A DNA stretch of 64,000 nt from Eutreptiella sp. 'Long Island Sound 2002' (taxonomy: Eukaryota > Protista > Euglenida): contig OZ038378.1 of NCBI GenBank assembly GCA_964036045.1, positions 170,562,001 through 170,626,000 of the forward strand. Direction: 5' to 3'. Both the position numbers and the translations under genes were made by a program. Numbering within the stretch: the first letter of the stretch is position 1; every line of letters begins with the position of its first letter. This document shows positions 46,740-59,067 of this stretch, one piece after another. The notes beneath the pieces are model-generated. The model had not been told where the DNA came from. It searched no databases and saw nothing but the letters and a program-made list of their open reading frames with translations.

Positions 46740-47080
46740 ATGTCAAATGGGACTGTGGACAATCTCGGGAATATAGTATGGATATGTGACCTTATGCCCG
46801 GAACCTCCGCCAATGTTATGATTTGGGTTCAACGTGGTCCTTCGCGAACACATGGGCAGTTTTTTGATTTTGAAGGCGGTGCGCATGATGGCGCCTAAAA
46901 GGGCCACTTGCACACAGTTGTACCTTTATATTGGTCGAAAAACTTTGAGGCTTCTATCGTGCAAGGGTGGAGCACCTCTTTGCACGGTTGTGGCAATGGA
47001 GGATTGTCCGCAATGTCTGGACACGCTGTGCAACGGAGCTGCACGGCCATGTGCGTATTTTGCCCCACCTTACTCAATTT
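46740..47080 (+). pseudogene. Harbinger/IS5-like (DDE_Tnp_4) transposase remnant
   Basis: TVDNLGNIVWICDLMPGTSANVMIW (compare VD..G.i.wvs..fPGs.hD), AHDGA*KG (compare aD.gY.G with a stop at Y), and in a shifted frame FYRARVEHLFARLWQWRIVRNVW (compare R..VEh.FgrLK.wrIl). Confidence 0.6.
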
Positions 47081-47930
47081 TGCATTCGCAGACCAAGCAT
47101 CAACCCTATGGACCTTGGCCTCATGTGCCAAAGTCTGTATGGGCACAGGAGGAGGCAACCATTGTAGAGGAGGAAAATGATGACGGTGTTTGTTGCCAAT
47201 TGTGTGACCACCTTCCCGGTGATATATCCGAGTGTGGCACTTGCCACTTGAACATGTGTGCATCTTGCATGCCCTTGCATAGTTGTACTTTACAAGGCTG
47301 ATTTGCTTGTTCATGACGACATTTGATTACCAAGTTGAAGGCGGTTTCATGGTTCTCATGTGGGCTTTGCTGCTTCGCCGTGCTACTAGACAAGTGACAA
47401 GCATTCTTGGGTGAGTAAGCCAGCCTCTGCATGCGCTGCATGCACGCAGTGCGCACACAATGCAAGAACTTGGCCATGAAACAGCAGTCCAACTTGCAGA
47501 GGAAGAGCGCCTTAAGTGGGACATTTATGCATCACAATCAAGTTCAGACCTAGTTTTGAATTCAATTGTACTCCCCCGACAAGAGTCGCCGATTAAGTGC
47601 ACTCAGGTCTCACCACGCTGGGAGAGTGTGAGTAGTGTTTCCCCCCTCAGGGTTTCACCACCACATGCACTCCAAGTGGATCCGGTTGGGGGGTGGTATG
47701 CTACACCCTCCTCGCAAAGCTCGCTTAGTACATCCCCACAAACTCCCGTCCTTTCGGTGCAGCGTGGGGTTGGGTACACCCCCTCCCCAGGTGCCACGCC
47801 AGATACCAACGTCACATCTTCCATTGTTTTCTATGCACCCACCCTGTCACCAGATGAAAGTCACTTTGTGAGCACCCAGGGCCATTTCTCAGGCAACTGG
47901 GCCACCAGCCACCACCAGCCACTACCACCA

Positions 47931-47961
<31 letters not shown>

Positions 47962-49009
47962 CACACACACCCCTCACCATCTTTGGATGTGGTTCCAAGC
48001 GAATGTTGCTGCAATCAGGCCCAGACTCCCCGACAACCTCCTGCTTGTGGGTCACATATCAGTGTAGCTATATCTACACATCGCATGGGATGCCCATTGA
48101 ACAGTTTCTCTGATTTTGGCTGCTCTTGCGCAAGGGTGGACAAGGGGGCCACCCCCCACGCTCGCCTTAACTTCCCTGACCCTGCAGGTGTGTCTAGGGA
48201 GCCTTCTTAAGCATTTTTGACGGGGGCATCAGTGTACAATTTGTGGCCCACGCTCAATAAAGTGGCCTAAATACGTGTAATGCAGGTTTGCAGCGACAAA
48301 GTGGTGGTTGAAACTGGGCAAGACGAAAAACATGTCCTCCAACCTCCACCCACCCACCAATCTCTGCCCCCCTGCACAAACGCAAAAAAAAAAAAGAACA
48401 GAAACGAAATTGTTGGCAAGCTGCACATGCAGAAGCACAGCACCAGAAGCCGCTACTGCTGGTGCTGGTGATGTGATTATCGTGCTGCAGAGAATTTGAA
48501 TTGTGATGCAGCCGAAGACACGGTTTTCCATTCCTGATTTTCGGACATTTGCCCCCCGCCCCCCCCCCGCACTACCAGCAAGTGACACATTGGTGAGCTA
48601 GCACCCATGGCCTTGTGTGACATTCACGTTGCTGGTTGTGGTGAGCACCTCCCAGCCTGGGGTCTTCGTGATGACCGCATACCGGGCACTGATCAGGCCA
48701 TCAGGGGAGGACGCCATTGGCAGAAGTTGCATTCTGGATTCCCACCCAGGAAGGTGGATGCCCGCGGCAGTGCGGATGCCCGCAGTAGTACGGATGCCTG
48801 CTTGTCACAGCAGAAGGTTCAAAGGCGAGAGGCCGATAGGCGCCGCTACAGGCTAACAGAGCCAACCACCAAGGCCTTGTGCCAAACCCCCACCCCCCTC
48901 CACTTTTATCCCCCCCCGTCCCCCAAAGTCCCTCCTGCCACTGAATTCATGCAGTCGAAGTAGTCTTCTGGCAGGGCTGTACCCAGCCTCTGATTGGACT
49001 GGTTTCAAA

Positions 49010-49062
49010 TGTTTTTTTTGGTTCTGCTTGTTCTTCTTCTTGTCATCGTCATTACCCCACAG
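49010..49062 (+). promoter_or_regulatory. Polypyrimidine tract and CAG acceptor just 5' of the SGNH start codon (probable trans-splice acceptor)
   Basis: gtttttttttggttctgcttgttcttcttcttgtcatcgtcattaccccacAG|gATG. Confidence 0.6.
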
Positions 49063-49063
49063 G

Positions 49064-49650
49064 ATGGCGACTCAGATCTTGTGTTGTGGCGACAGCCTCA
49101 CAGCCGGCTATTACGGCCCCTTCGACCACTACGCGCCCTACAGTGAGGCGTTGAGCAAACGCCTCCGAGTCCCAGCGGACGAAATCGGGAGGTGCGGCTG
49201 GAGGGCCGACGAGATGGTCGTGAACATGGGGAACCAGATGTGCATCGATGTGTTCCACCGGTACGGCCCGGGCCTTGCGGTGCAGCTGGCCGCCAAGCGG
49301 TATGACGTGTGCATCATCATGGCGGGCACGAACGATCTGGGGGCCAACCGACCGGCCGAGAGCATCGTGAACGACCTCAAGGCCCTGCACGAGTACTGCC
49401 TGTCCAAAGGCCTCCGGACCGTGGCGCTGCCCATTCCCGAGAGCCGGCTCTGGGCGGTGCATCAGGGCCAGGCCCCGCAACTCGACACGCGGACGCAGGT
49501 CAACCGGCTGCTGCGGGAGTGGGCGGCCACGATGGACGCGGTGGTGTTCGTGGACATGGCCCGGCACGTTCCCTATTCCGACGTGGACGGCAACTGGGCC
49601 CCGGATGGGGTGCACATGTCCCGACAGGGCTATGCCACTTTTGGGGACAA
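49064..49650 (+). CDS. Exon 1 of an SGNH/GDSL-family hydrolase
   Basis: Block I GDSLTAG, block III AGTNDLG, block V PDGVHMSRQGY. High GC3. Ends GAC AA|GTATTG (phase 2). Confidence 0.9.
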
Positions 49651-49785
49651 GTATTGCCCATGCTTTTCTCTGGCTGCCTCGCTCTCCTCCTCTCTGGCCT
49701 TTGCTCTCTGCGTTTCGTCTGCATCCCACTCTAATCTCACTGTATCTCGCACGTTCACTCACTCGAGCCTCTCTCGGTGTGTGTT

Positions 49786-49818
<33 letters not shown>

Positions 49819-50072
49819 TAACTTTCCCAGTTCATCCGGGCCTGGGGCTGTTAATCATAGCTGTTTTGCTTTGCTGCAGGCCTCTGGCTGAGCTGCGCTG
49901 CCAGAGGCTGTATCCGACTCTGGGAGGAGAGCCTGGGAACCACTGCTCCTGTCCTTTGCCCTGCAGAAAGGCGCCTGGTGCCGTGTTTGAACATGCTTTT
50001 GTTTTGACACTGCCCCTGACGAGATCTAGTACATTCAGGCTGCCTTGACCAGTGCCCTGTTTGTCGCGTCGA

Positions 50073-50598
<526 letters not shown>

Positions 50599-50912
50599 AC
50601 CCCCACTGCCGCCCAGGGGCGCGTGACCTCACCGTGGTGTGGGGGTGAAACCAGGGGGGGGTCCCCTGGGCTAACACGCAATCTGGGGGGTGACCTGGTC
50701 CAGCCACGGCGGCCAGGGCACGGGATTGCGCGCCCCACCCCTCGCCGGCCACCGTGGGAGAGCCACGATGGCACAGGGCGGGCTCCACCGGGGGGTGGCG
50801 GTATGCAGGTGTCACCCGGGTCCCCCTGTGACCCAGCCCTCTCCAGGGCTCGTGTGCGCTCCCCTACCCCAACCCACTGCACCTTGTGTTCTGCACAGGT
50901 ACATCGTGGGGT

Positions 50913-53436
50913 GGTCCAGCTTGGGCCGCGGGGGGATAGGGACGCCCCGTGGGGATAGGGACGCCCCGTGGGTTCGTCAGGTATTTTTCCTTCCCCCACA
51001 CAGCGGCGGTTACACCCGAGTCCCTCCGGTCCAGCCTGGGCCGCGGGGGGATAGGGACGCCCCGTGGGTTCGTCAGGTATTTTTCCTTCCCCCACACAGC
51101 GGCGGTTACACCCGAGTCCCTCCGGTCCAGCCTGGGCCGCGGAGGGATAGGGACGCCCCGTGGGTTCGTCAGGTATATTTCCTTCCCCCACACAGCGGCG
51201 GTTACACCCGAGTCCCTCCGGTCCAGCTTGGGCCGCGGAGGGAAAGGGACGCCCCGTGGGTTCGTCAGGTATTTTTCCTTCCCCCACACAGCGGCGGTTA
51301 CACCCGAGTCCCTCCGGTCCAGCCTGGGCCGCGGAGGGATAGGGACGCCCCGTGGGTTCGTCAGGTATTTTTCCTTCCCCCACACAGCGGCGGTTACACC
51401 CGAGTCCCTCCGGTCCAGCCTGGGCCGCGGGGGGATAGGGACGCCCCGTGGGTTCGTCAGGTATATTTCCTTCCCCCACACAGCGGCGGTTACACCCGAG
51501 TCCCTCCGGTCCAGCCTGGGCCGCGGAGGGATAGGGACGCCCCGTGGGTTCGTCAGGTATTTTTCCTTCCCCCACACAGCGGCGGTTACACCCGAGTCCC
51601 TCCGGTCCAGCTTGGGCCGCGGAGGGAAAGGGACGCCCCGTGGTTTCGTCAGGTATTTTTCCTTCCCCCACACAGCGGCGGTTACACCCGAGTCCCTCCG
51701 GTCCAGCCTGGGCCGCGGAGGGATAGGGACGCCCCGTGGGTTCGTCAGGTATTTTTCCTTCCCCCACACAGCGGCGGTTACACCCGAGTCCCTCCGGTCC
51801 AGCCTGGGCCGCGGGGGGATAGGGACGCCCCGTGGGTTCGTCAGGTATTTTTCCTTCCCCCACACAGCGGCGGTTACACCCGAGTCCCTCCGGTCCAGCC
51901 TGGGCCGCGGAGGGATAGGGACGCCCCGTGGGTTCGTCAGGTATTTTTCCTTCCCCCACACAGCGGCGGTTACACCCGAGTCCCTCCGGTCCAGCTTGGG
52001 CCGCGGAGGGATAGGGACGCCCCGTGGGTTCGTCAGGTATTTTTCCTTCCCCCACACAGCGGCGGTTACACCCGAGTCCCTCCGGTCCAGCCTGGGCCGC
52101 GGGGGGATAGGGACGCCCCGTGGGGATAGGGACGCCCCGTGGGTTCGTCAGGTATTTTTCCTTCCCCCACACAGCGGCGGTTACACCCGAGTCCCTCCGG
52201 TCCAGCCTGGGCCGCGGGGGGATAGGGACGCCCCGTGGGTTCGTCAGGTATTTTTCCTTCCCCCACACAGCGGCGGTTACACCCGAGTCCCTCCGGTCCA
52301 GCCTGGGCCGCGGGGGGATAGGGACGCCCCGTGGGTTCGTCAGGTATATTTCCTTCCCCCACACAGCGGCGGTTACACCCGAGTCCCTCCGGTCCAGCTT
52401 GGGCCGCGGAGGGAAAGGGACGCCCCGTGGTTTCGTCAGGTATTTTTCCTTCCCCCACACAGCGGCGGTTACACCCGAGTCCCTCCGGTCCAGCCTGGGC
52501 CGCGGAGGGATAGGGACGCCCCGTGGGTTCGTCAGGTATTTTTCCTTCCCCCACACAGCGGCGGTTACACCCGAGTCCCTCCGGTCCAGCCTGGGCCGCG
52601 GAGGGATAGGGACGCCCCGTGGGTTCGTCAGGTATTTTTCCTTCCCCCACACAGCGGCGGTTACACCCGAGTCCCTCCGGTCCAGCCTGGGCCGCGGGGG
52701 GATAGGGACGCCCCGTGGGTTCGTCAGGTATTTTTCCTTCCCCCACACAGCGGCGGTTACACCCGAGTCCCTCCGGTCCAGCCTGGGCCGCGGAGGGATA
52801 GGGACGCCCCGTGGGTTCGTCAGGTATTTTTCCTTCCCCCACACAGCGGCGGTTACACCCGAGTCCCTCCGGTCCAGCTTGGGCCGCGGAGGGATAGGGA
52901 CGCCCCGTGGGTTCGTCAGGTATTTTTCCTTCCCCCACACAGCGGCGGTTACACCCGAGTCCCTCCGGTCCAGCTTGGGCCGCGGAGGGATAGGGACGCC
53001 CCGTGGGTTCGTCAGGTATTTAGACTTTCCCCACACAGCGGCGGTTACACCCGAGTCCCTCCGGTCCAGCCTGGGCCGCGGAGGGATAGGGACGCCCCGT
53101 GGGTTCGTCAGGTATTTTTTCTTCCCCCACACAGCGGCGGTTACACCCGAGTCCCTCCGGTCCAGCCTGGGCCGCGGAGGGATAGGGACGCCCCGTGGGT
53201 TCGTCAGGTATATTTCCTTCCCCCACACAGCGGCGGTTACACCCGAGTCCCTCCGGTCCAGCCTGGGCCGCGGGGGGATAGGGACGCCCCGTGGGGATAG
53301 GGACGCCCCGTGGGTTCGTCAGGTATTTTTCCTTCCCCCACACAGCGGCGGTTACACCCGAGTCCCTCCGGTCCAGCCTGGGCCGCGGAGGGATAGGGAC
53401 GCCCCGTGGGTTCGCCAGGTAATTTTCCTTCCCCCA
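50913..53436. repeat. 96-bp tandem satellite (about 26 units) with a 1171-bp higher-order period
   Basis: 32-aa periodicity in the ORF track. A 19-bp duplication (gggacgccccgtggggata) recurs at 50939, 52110 and 53281; 1171 = 12 x 96 + 19. Confidence 0.96.
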
Positions 53437-53445
53437 CACTTGGCT

Positions 53446-54295
53446 TTCGGACCATCGAGGCCCCCGCCGCTGAGGCGAGGGGGCCTCCTTCGCTTAGTGA
53501 CCACCGAGGCCCCCTCCGCTGAGGCGAGGGGTCCTCCTTCGTTTGGGGACCACCGAGGCCCCCTCCGCTGACGCGAGGGGGCCTGTTTCGTTTTGGGACC
53601 ACCGAGGCCCCCTCCGTTGAGGCGAGGGGTCCTCCTTGGCTTTCGGATCATCGAGGCCCCCGCCGCGGAGGCGAGGGGGCCTCTTTCGTTTTGGGACCAT
53701 CGAGGCCCCCTCTGCTGAGGCAAGGGGGCCTCTTTTGCTTTGGGTTCACCGAGGCCCCCGCCGCTGAGGCGAGGGGGCCTTCTTCGCTTTGGGACCATCT
53801 AGGCCCCCGCCGCTGAGGCGGTGGGGGCCTCTTTGGCTTTCGGACCATCGAGGCCCCCGCCGTTGAGGCGAGGGGGCCTCTTTCGTTTTGGGACCATTGA
53901 GGCCCCCTCCGCTGAGGCGAGGGGTCCTCTTTGGCTTTGGGACCACCGAGGCCCCCGCCGCTGAGGCGAGGGGGCCTCCTTCTCTTCGGGACCACCGAGG
54001 CCCCCGCCGCTGAGGCGAGGGGGCCTCCTTCTCTTCGGGACCACCGAGGCCCCCGCCGCTGAGGCGAGGGGGCCTCTTTGGCTTTGGGACCACCGGGGCC
54101 CCCTCCGCTGAGGCGAGGGGGCCTCTTTCGCTTTCGGACACCGAGGCCCCCGCCGCTGAGGCGAGGGGGCCTCCTTCGCTGTGGGATCACCAAGGCCCCC
54201 GCCGCTGAGGCGAAGGGGCCTCTTTCGCTTTGGGACCACCGAGGCCCCCGCCGCTGAGGCGAGGGGGCCTCCTTCGCTTTGGATTCACCGAGGCG
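53446..54295. repeat. ~49-bp tandem array of GC-rich hairpins, about 17 units
   Basis: Unit accGAGGCCCCCgccgctgaggcgaGGGGGCCTCtttcgttttgggacc. Spacing 53945 to 53994 is 49 bp. Confidence 0.93.
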
Positions 54296-54818
54296 GGGGT
54301 TTGCGTGTCCCCTCCGCAGACGTGCGGCACTGCGGATTGGGGGGACACGACTGGAGGGTTAGAGGATGGCCCCGCGCACGGACACCTTCGGCAGAAGTGC
54401 CGTGCGCCGGGGGAGGGGGGGGGACCGGGCCACGGACCAAGCCCCCGTGTTCCGCCGGCCAAACGCCGCCCAGTCGGTAGTACCTGGCGGCTAAGGGCCC
54501 ACACCCGTGAGACTGCGTCCCCCTTCCCTTGGGGGGGTGGTGGACCGTGCCGGAAGTGGAGCCGGCGCTCCGCCTCGCCCCCCATTCCGTGCCCCTGGGA
54601 GGGGATCCGGCTACGTGTAGGGCGGGTGCATGCACGTAGCGCGGGCCAGGGGACAAGGGGAGGAGACGAAGAGGAGAGCCGCCGCCATGATGCTTAGCCG
54701 GACGGGTTGGGGTGAAACCTCCCTCGCGGACGCTTTCCAGACCGTGGAGGGCCGGCGGGCACCATGGGGATGTGCCGCGGGGGCGCCCTACCGGGGGACC
54801 GCATCTCCTCCTCCTCCT

Positions 54819-54918
<100 letters not shown>

Positions 54919-55076
54919 GTGTGGGTGGGTGGGTGGGTGGGTGGGTGTACACGTGTGTGTCTCCTGCTTGTGGTCAGGTTTGTTCCCGAGGTGTGTGTAT
55001 TCGTCTCAGTCTGTTCTCGCCTCTGGCCCCCCATGCGCAGCAAAGCCTGCAGCGCCTCTGTGGCCCCCGTCCGCAG

Positions 55077-55277
55077 GCTGGGGAGTAAGATCGCGGCCTG
55101 GGTGCTCCGGTCGGTGTGTGCGGCCTCCCCGCGGATCGTGACACGCACGACCGCGACCCCGGCGAAGTTCCGGACGCTGCCCTCGAAGAAGATTCTGGCG
55201 TCGTTGCAGGACCAGGCGAACCCGCGGTACAAAGCCGTGATGAAGATTACCGGTCTCCACTTCGACAGCGCCACCAG
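55077..55277 (+). CDS. Exon 2 of the SGNH hydrolase gene (inferred)
   Basis: ccgcAG|G CTG GGG AGT joins exon 1 in phase to give GYATFGDK-LGSKIAAWVLRS, a plausible SGNH C-terminal helix. High GC3. Ends ACC AG|GTTTGG (phase 2). Confidence 0.72.
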
Positions 55278-55743
55278 GTTTGGTTTGCCTGCGTCGGTTA
55301 GACACAGACGCGTCGAGTGCCGCGGAGCGTGCAGCGAAGGTCGCACGAGGCACTCGGCGCGATGGCTCCGCACACGGCGCGTTGCTTTGTTTCCCGTCCT
55401 TTTTCAAGGACAATGTTGACCGGGCCACGTGTACTGAAGCCATCGCACCTCGAAAACTGGCCCAAAGTCTCCCGACGTAGGCGTCAAACAAAATGGGCTC
55501 GAAAGACCTCCTCTCGGGCGGCACCTCCTCGCGGTGGATGTGGATCCTGCCTTCAATTCCCTGGATGGGGGTAGTGGCGTGCCAGTGGTGACCCCCCCGT
55601 GTCCAACGAATGCGTTGTCCAAGGAACACTCCCGTGTGGATCGTAATTTTTTGGGACCTCATTAATTAGGTACCGGGTTTAGGTACCGAATTAATTGGGT
55701 ACCGAACGGCGTGTTCAAGGAACACTGCTGTTCGGACTGTGGA

Positions 55744-55767
55744 CTAACCCTAACCCTAACCCTAACC
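55744..55767. repeat. Interstitial (CCCTAA)n telomeric repeat, about 4 units
   Basis: ctaaccctaaccctaaccctaacc. Confidence 0.85.
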
Positions 55768-57407
55768 TGGAGGACCTTATTGTTCGCAGGACACAGGGCG
55801 GGGGAGCACCATGGCTGTGCCCCATTGAACCTGGGCTTGGTATACCCGGGCTTGGCGTTTGTGTGGGGGTCGTGCATGGGCTTCGTGTGTGGGGTTCGAC
55901 CCCTGCCAACTCCATCCCTAGCCCCCGGGCGCTCTCCTCCGCAAGCCCCCCCCCCCCCCCGGGATTCCCCTCCCTCTCACGCTGCACTGAAACGGCCCCC
56001 ATAAATGTGACCCTCCAAATGGGTTTCCAAAGTATCAATTTGAGGGCGCGCCTCCGAGAGGAACTGGAGTGCTGACGGTGCGGCGCGGGCTGGCAAATGG
56101 TGGCAGCCCATGGCCTGTTGCTTGTTCGTGCCGTACTACCGTTTCGTTGCGTTGGAGGCTCAACGCCAAGGGCCGCGCTTTGGCACCCAACCGCTGCACC
56201 CATGCGACCATGCGAGCGCATGCCTTGCTGTTCTTGTGCCCACACAAAGCAAAGGGGGGAGGGTTGCCGTGAAGGCGAGGTAAGCATGCTGGTTGGTGAA
56301 ACGGTGTGCCGGATGATACTTTGGGCGGTGAACGATGAAGGCAGAGTGGGTTTGCCACTTGATACCTTGAGTTTCATGCCAGTGTGTGTGGGGGGGGGGG
56401 GGGGGCTACAGAGACTGAATTCTTCGGAACGGGTGCGGTTAGCATCCGTTGCGGAGAGGTTCTCGGAATAATGTGGTGAACCCTGGCCCCGTGTCGCATT
56501 CCCGCATCAGTGATGGTGAGCACCCCCCGCATTTCACTGTCTAGGGAAGGCGCTGGCATGGGAGGGACGCAGAGGGGCTGCAGCAGCGCCTGTGAGGAGA
56601 GGGGCAAGTGTCCCACTCTCACCTGCCAGAATTACGTTTCCCCACCGTCCGTGGACGAGACATAGACAGTTTTCTCCTGAAACCTCGAACCATCGCGTAC
56701 CAAGGCACACATTTATTTTCATAGCAACCCCCTGCCCACTTGTGGTTGCTGATGGTTTATTCAAACGAGTTGCGGCCCAAAAAATTCTCCGGTTCCCGCC
56801 GAGTAGATGGTTGTCAGTCTGCACTTCAGGTAACGAGTTTTGTATGGGCCTTTTGGTGGTGGATCAGTCGGCATGCCTTCTGGATATCCATCTCTGTACC
56901 CTATTGGGATTGCCCAAGGTGTACATAGTTTCGATTTCCGTCTCACAAACTGTTGTAGCTTGAATAATGACCCCCCACACACACTTGCAGTTGCAATTGT
57001 GGGGAGCACCTCGGAAGTTCGCGGTCCTGGGAATGACGGCATGTGAAGCCTATGGCAGCAGGGGAGTGGGCTCCACGGGGGCAGCATGCGCCTGTGGTGA
57101 GTATTGGGACTGGTAGTCCACTCCACCCCACAAAAATGCATGTTGCCTTGCCACTCTTGGCCCCTCCTCAGCCTACGCAGAGAATGGAGCCAATGCCTGC
57201 GCCCGCATACGTCCATGCACACCCCCAGACGCTGGAGCAATGTTACGCACCTGTAGCCCCCTCAAGCACTGAACCTGAGCGCACACCACAGGGGAGGAGA
57301 CAGGGCACGAGGAGAAGTGGTCACCCGAGGGAACGTGGAACATTGCATTTTATGATTTTACCGCCACTTGCACCACGGGTGACTGTAGAATAGGGCATCA
57401 GTGACCA

Positions 57408-57742
57408 GTATTGCCCTCGTGTCTCCCCTCTGTTTCTCTCCCTCTCGCTCGCTCCCTTCCCCTATGCTTTTCTCTGGCTGCCTCCCTCTCCTCCTCTGTG
57501 GCCTTTGCTCTCTGTGTTTCGTCTGCATCTCAGTCTAATCTCACTGTATCTTACACGCTCACTCATCCAAGCCTCTCTCGGTGTGTGTGTATTTGTGTGC
57601 GTAGGCTTGTGTGTGTGTGTTGTATACTACAAGAGTGTGTGTAGGCGTTCATGGGTGTGCCCTGCTTGTGGTCGGTTTTAGTCTTAGTCTGTTCTCGCCT
57701 CTGCCCCCCATGCGCAGCAAAGCCTGCAGCACCTTTATGGCC
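57408..57742 (+). repeat. Compact ~335-bp homolog of both ends of SGNH intron 1
   Basis: GTATTGCCC...atgcttttctctggctgcctc..ctctcctcctct.tggcctttgctctctg.gtttcgtctgcatc... matches 49651-49790. It is followed by cctgcttgtggtc...agtctgttctcgcctctg.cccccatgcgcagcaaagcctgcagc, matching 54962-55064. Confidence 0.85.
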
Positions 57743-58080
57743 TGCATCCTCTGTGCCTGATACCCCTTTTCTTTCCCTTCCCCCTGGTATCGTCCCCTGT
57801 CTGTTTCTGGGCTCACTCTTCCGGCTCTACGGCCCTGTCCTTTGCCCTCCTCTCCCTCGTCATGTGTGTGTTTGTCTCTTGCCCCTTTTATCTCAGCCCC
57901 CCATCTCTGTCGCTCTCACTGCCTTTCTCTCCTCACCTCTTTTTCTTTCTGCGTCTCTTGCTCTATCCCCCCCCCTCTTTCTCTTCTCGCTCGCTCGCTC
58001 ATGCCCCCCCCCCCCCCCCCCCGCCTTGCCCCCTGTCGTGCTCTCTCTCTTGCAATCTGTCTTCCCTCTCTCGGCTCCAG

Positions 58081-59067
58081 TGCATCCGCCAAGGTCATAG
58101 TAAGGCCATCAGAAGGGAACGAGACAAGCAAACTCTTCCACCGAACCACCAAGACGCCCTTCCGCCAAGACCGACGTCCCAGCGCGTCGGCTGATGTGCT
58201 CAGCCAGAGCCCCAGCAGCGGCGGCAGTAGCACCGAACAGGCCCTGTCCTCCATTTCAACTCCCGTAAGCTCCGCGCCCACGAGCCCTCCCTCGAACGAT
58301 CAACCGCGCGGCAACGGCCAGCAGCCCGTCCAATCGTTGACGCAAAACGACCCCAAACACCTCTCAAATGCCTCTGAGGCTGCCAGGCGACGAGCCAGTA
58401 CCCCAGCAACGTCCCCTCCTTCTGCTTCAGCCTGGGGCCCCAGCCCCGGCCCGATCCTTCCGCGGGACGGGAAGCCGAGGAGCTTCAGTGCCAATTTGTG
58501 TGGGGGGGGGCGCACGACCCCCCGCATCATCGCAGTGCACCAGTCGTCCCCTCGCTGTACTAGTCAACCAGCACCCCAGACATCCCGCAGTACAAGTCAG
58601 CCAGTGCACCATGCGGCCCCTTTCAGCACCGGCCAAGTGGCATCCCAGACGCCCGGCAGTACGAGCCCGCGAGTGCACCTCACGTCCCCGCGCAGTGCCA
58701 GTCAACCGCCGCCCCAAACGCGCCGCAGCGTGAGTCAGGGAGTGCACCACGCGGCCCCTCGCACGACCGGTGAACCCGCGCCCCACGCGGCCCGCAGCAC
58801 GAGGCAGAAACTGCCACAGAAGTCCCCTCGCAGTGCCAGTCAACCCCCGGCCCCTGCGCCCCGCGGCCGAAGTCAACCCGTGCAGCATCAGCATGCGCTT
58901 CCTCGCGCTGCCAGTCAAGTAGCGCCACAGACGTCCTGCACCGCAAGTCGTCAGCCAAGGCACCCAACATCCCACCGCAGTGCTAGTCAACCGTTGCGCG
59001 ATACGACCCCTCGCGCTGCCAGTCAATCACCGAATCAGCCGGCCTCTTCGCGGAGCTCTGGTTGCAG
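58081..59067 (+). CDS. Exon 3 of the SGNH hydrolase gene (inferred): Ser/Pro/Gln/Arg-rich tail; the frame stays open to a stop at 59152 if no further intron is used
   Basis: A long pyrimidine tract then ccAG|TGCA (58080/58081), phase-compatible with exon 2 and with ORF 57842-59152. Candidate donor TGC AG|GTGCGT at 59068. Confidence 0.55.

Noticed and set aside
49651-49891. SGNH ORF read-through to 49891, or a nearer acceptor at about 49879 (ctgcag|gcctctgg)
   Set aside because: Sequence after 49650 is pyrimidine-rich repeat DNA with a homolog at 57408. The 55077 exon has coding-like GC3 and gives a better C-terminal helix. Use of the nearer acceptor cannot be excluded without cDNA.
53446-54295. 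CRISPR array (palindromic repeats with short spacers)
   Set aside because: The linkers are only about 15 nt and are variants of each other rather than unique spacers. There are no cas genes and the context is a eukaryotic intron.
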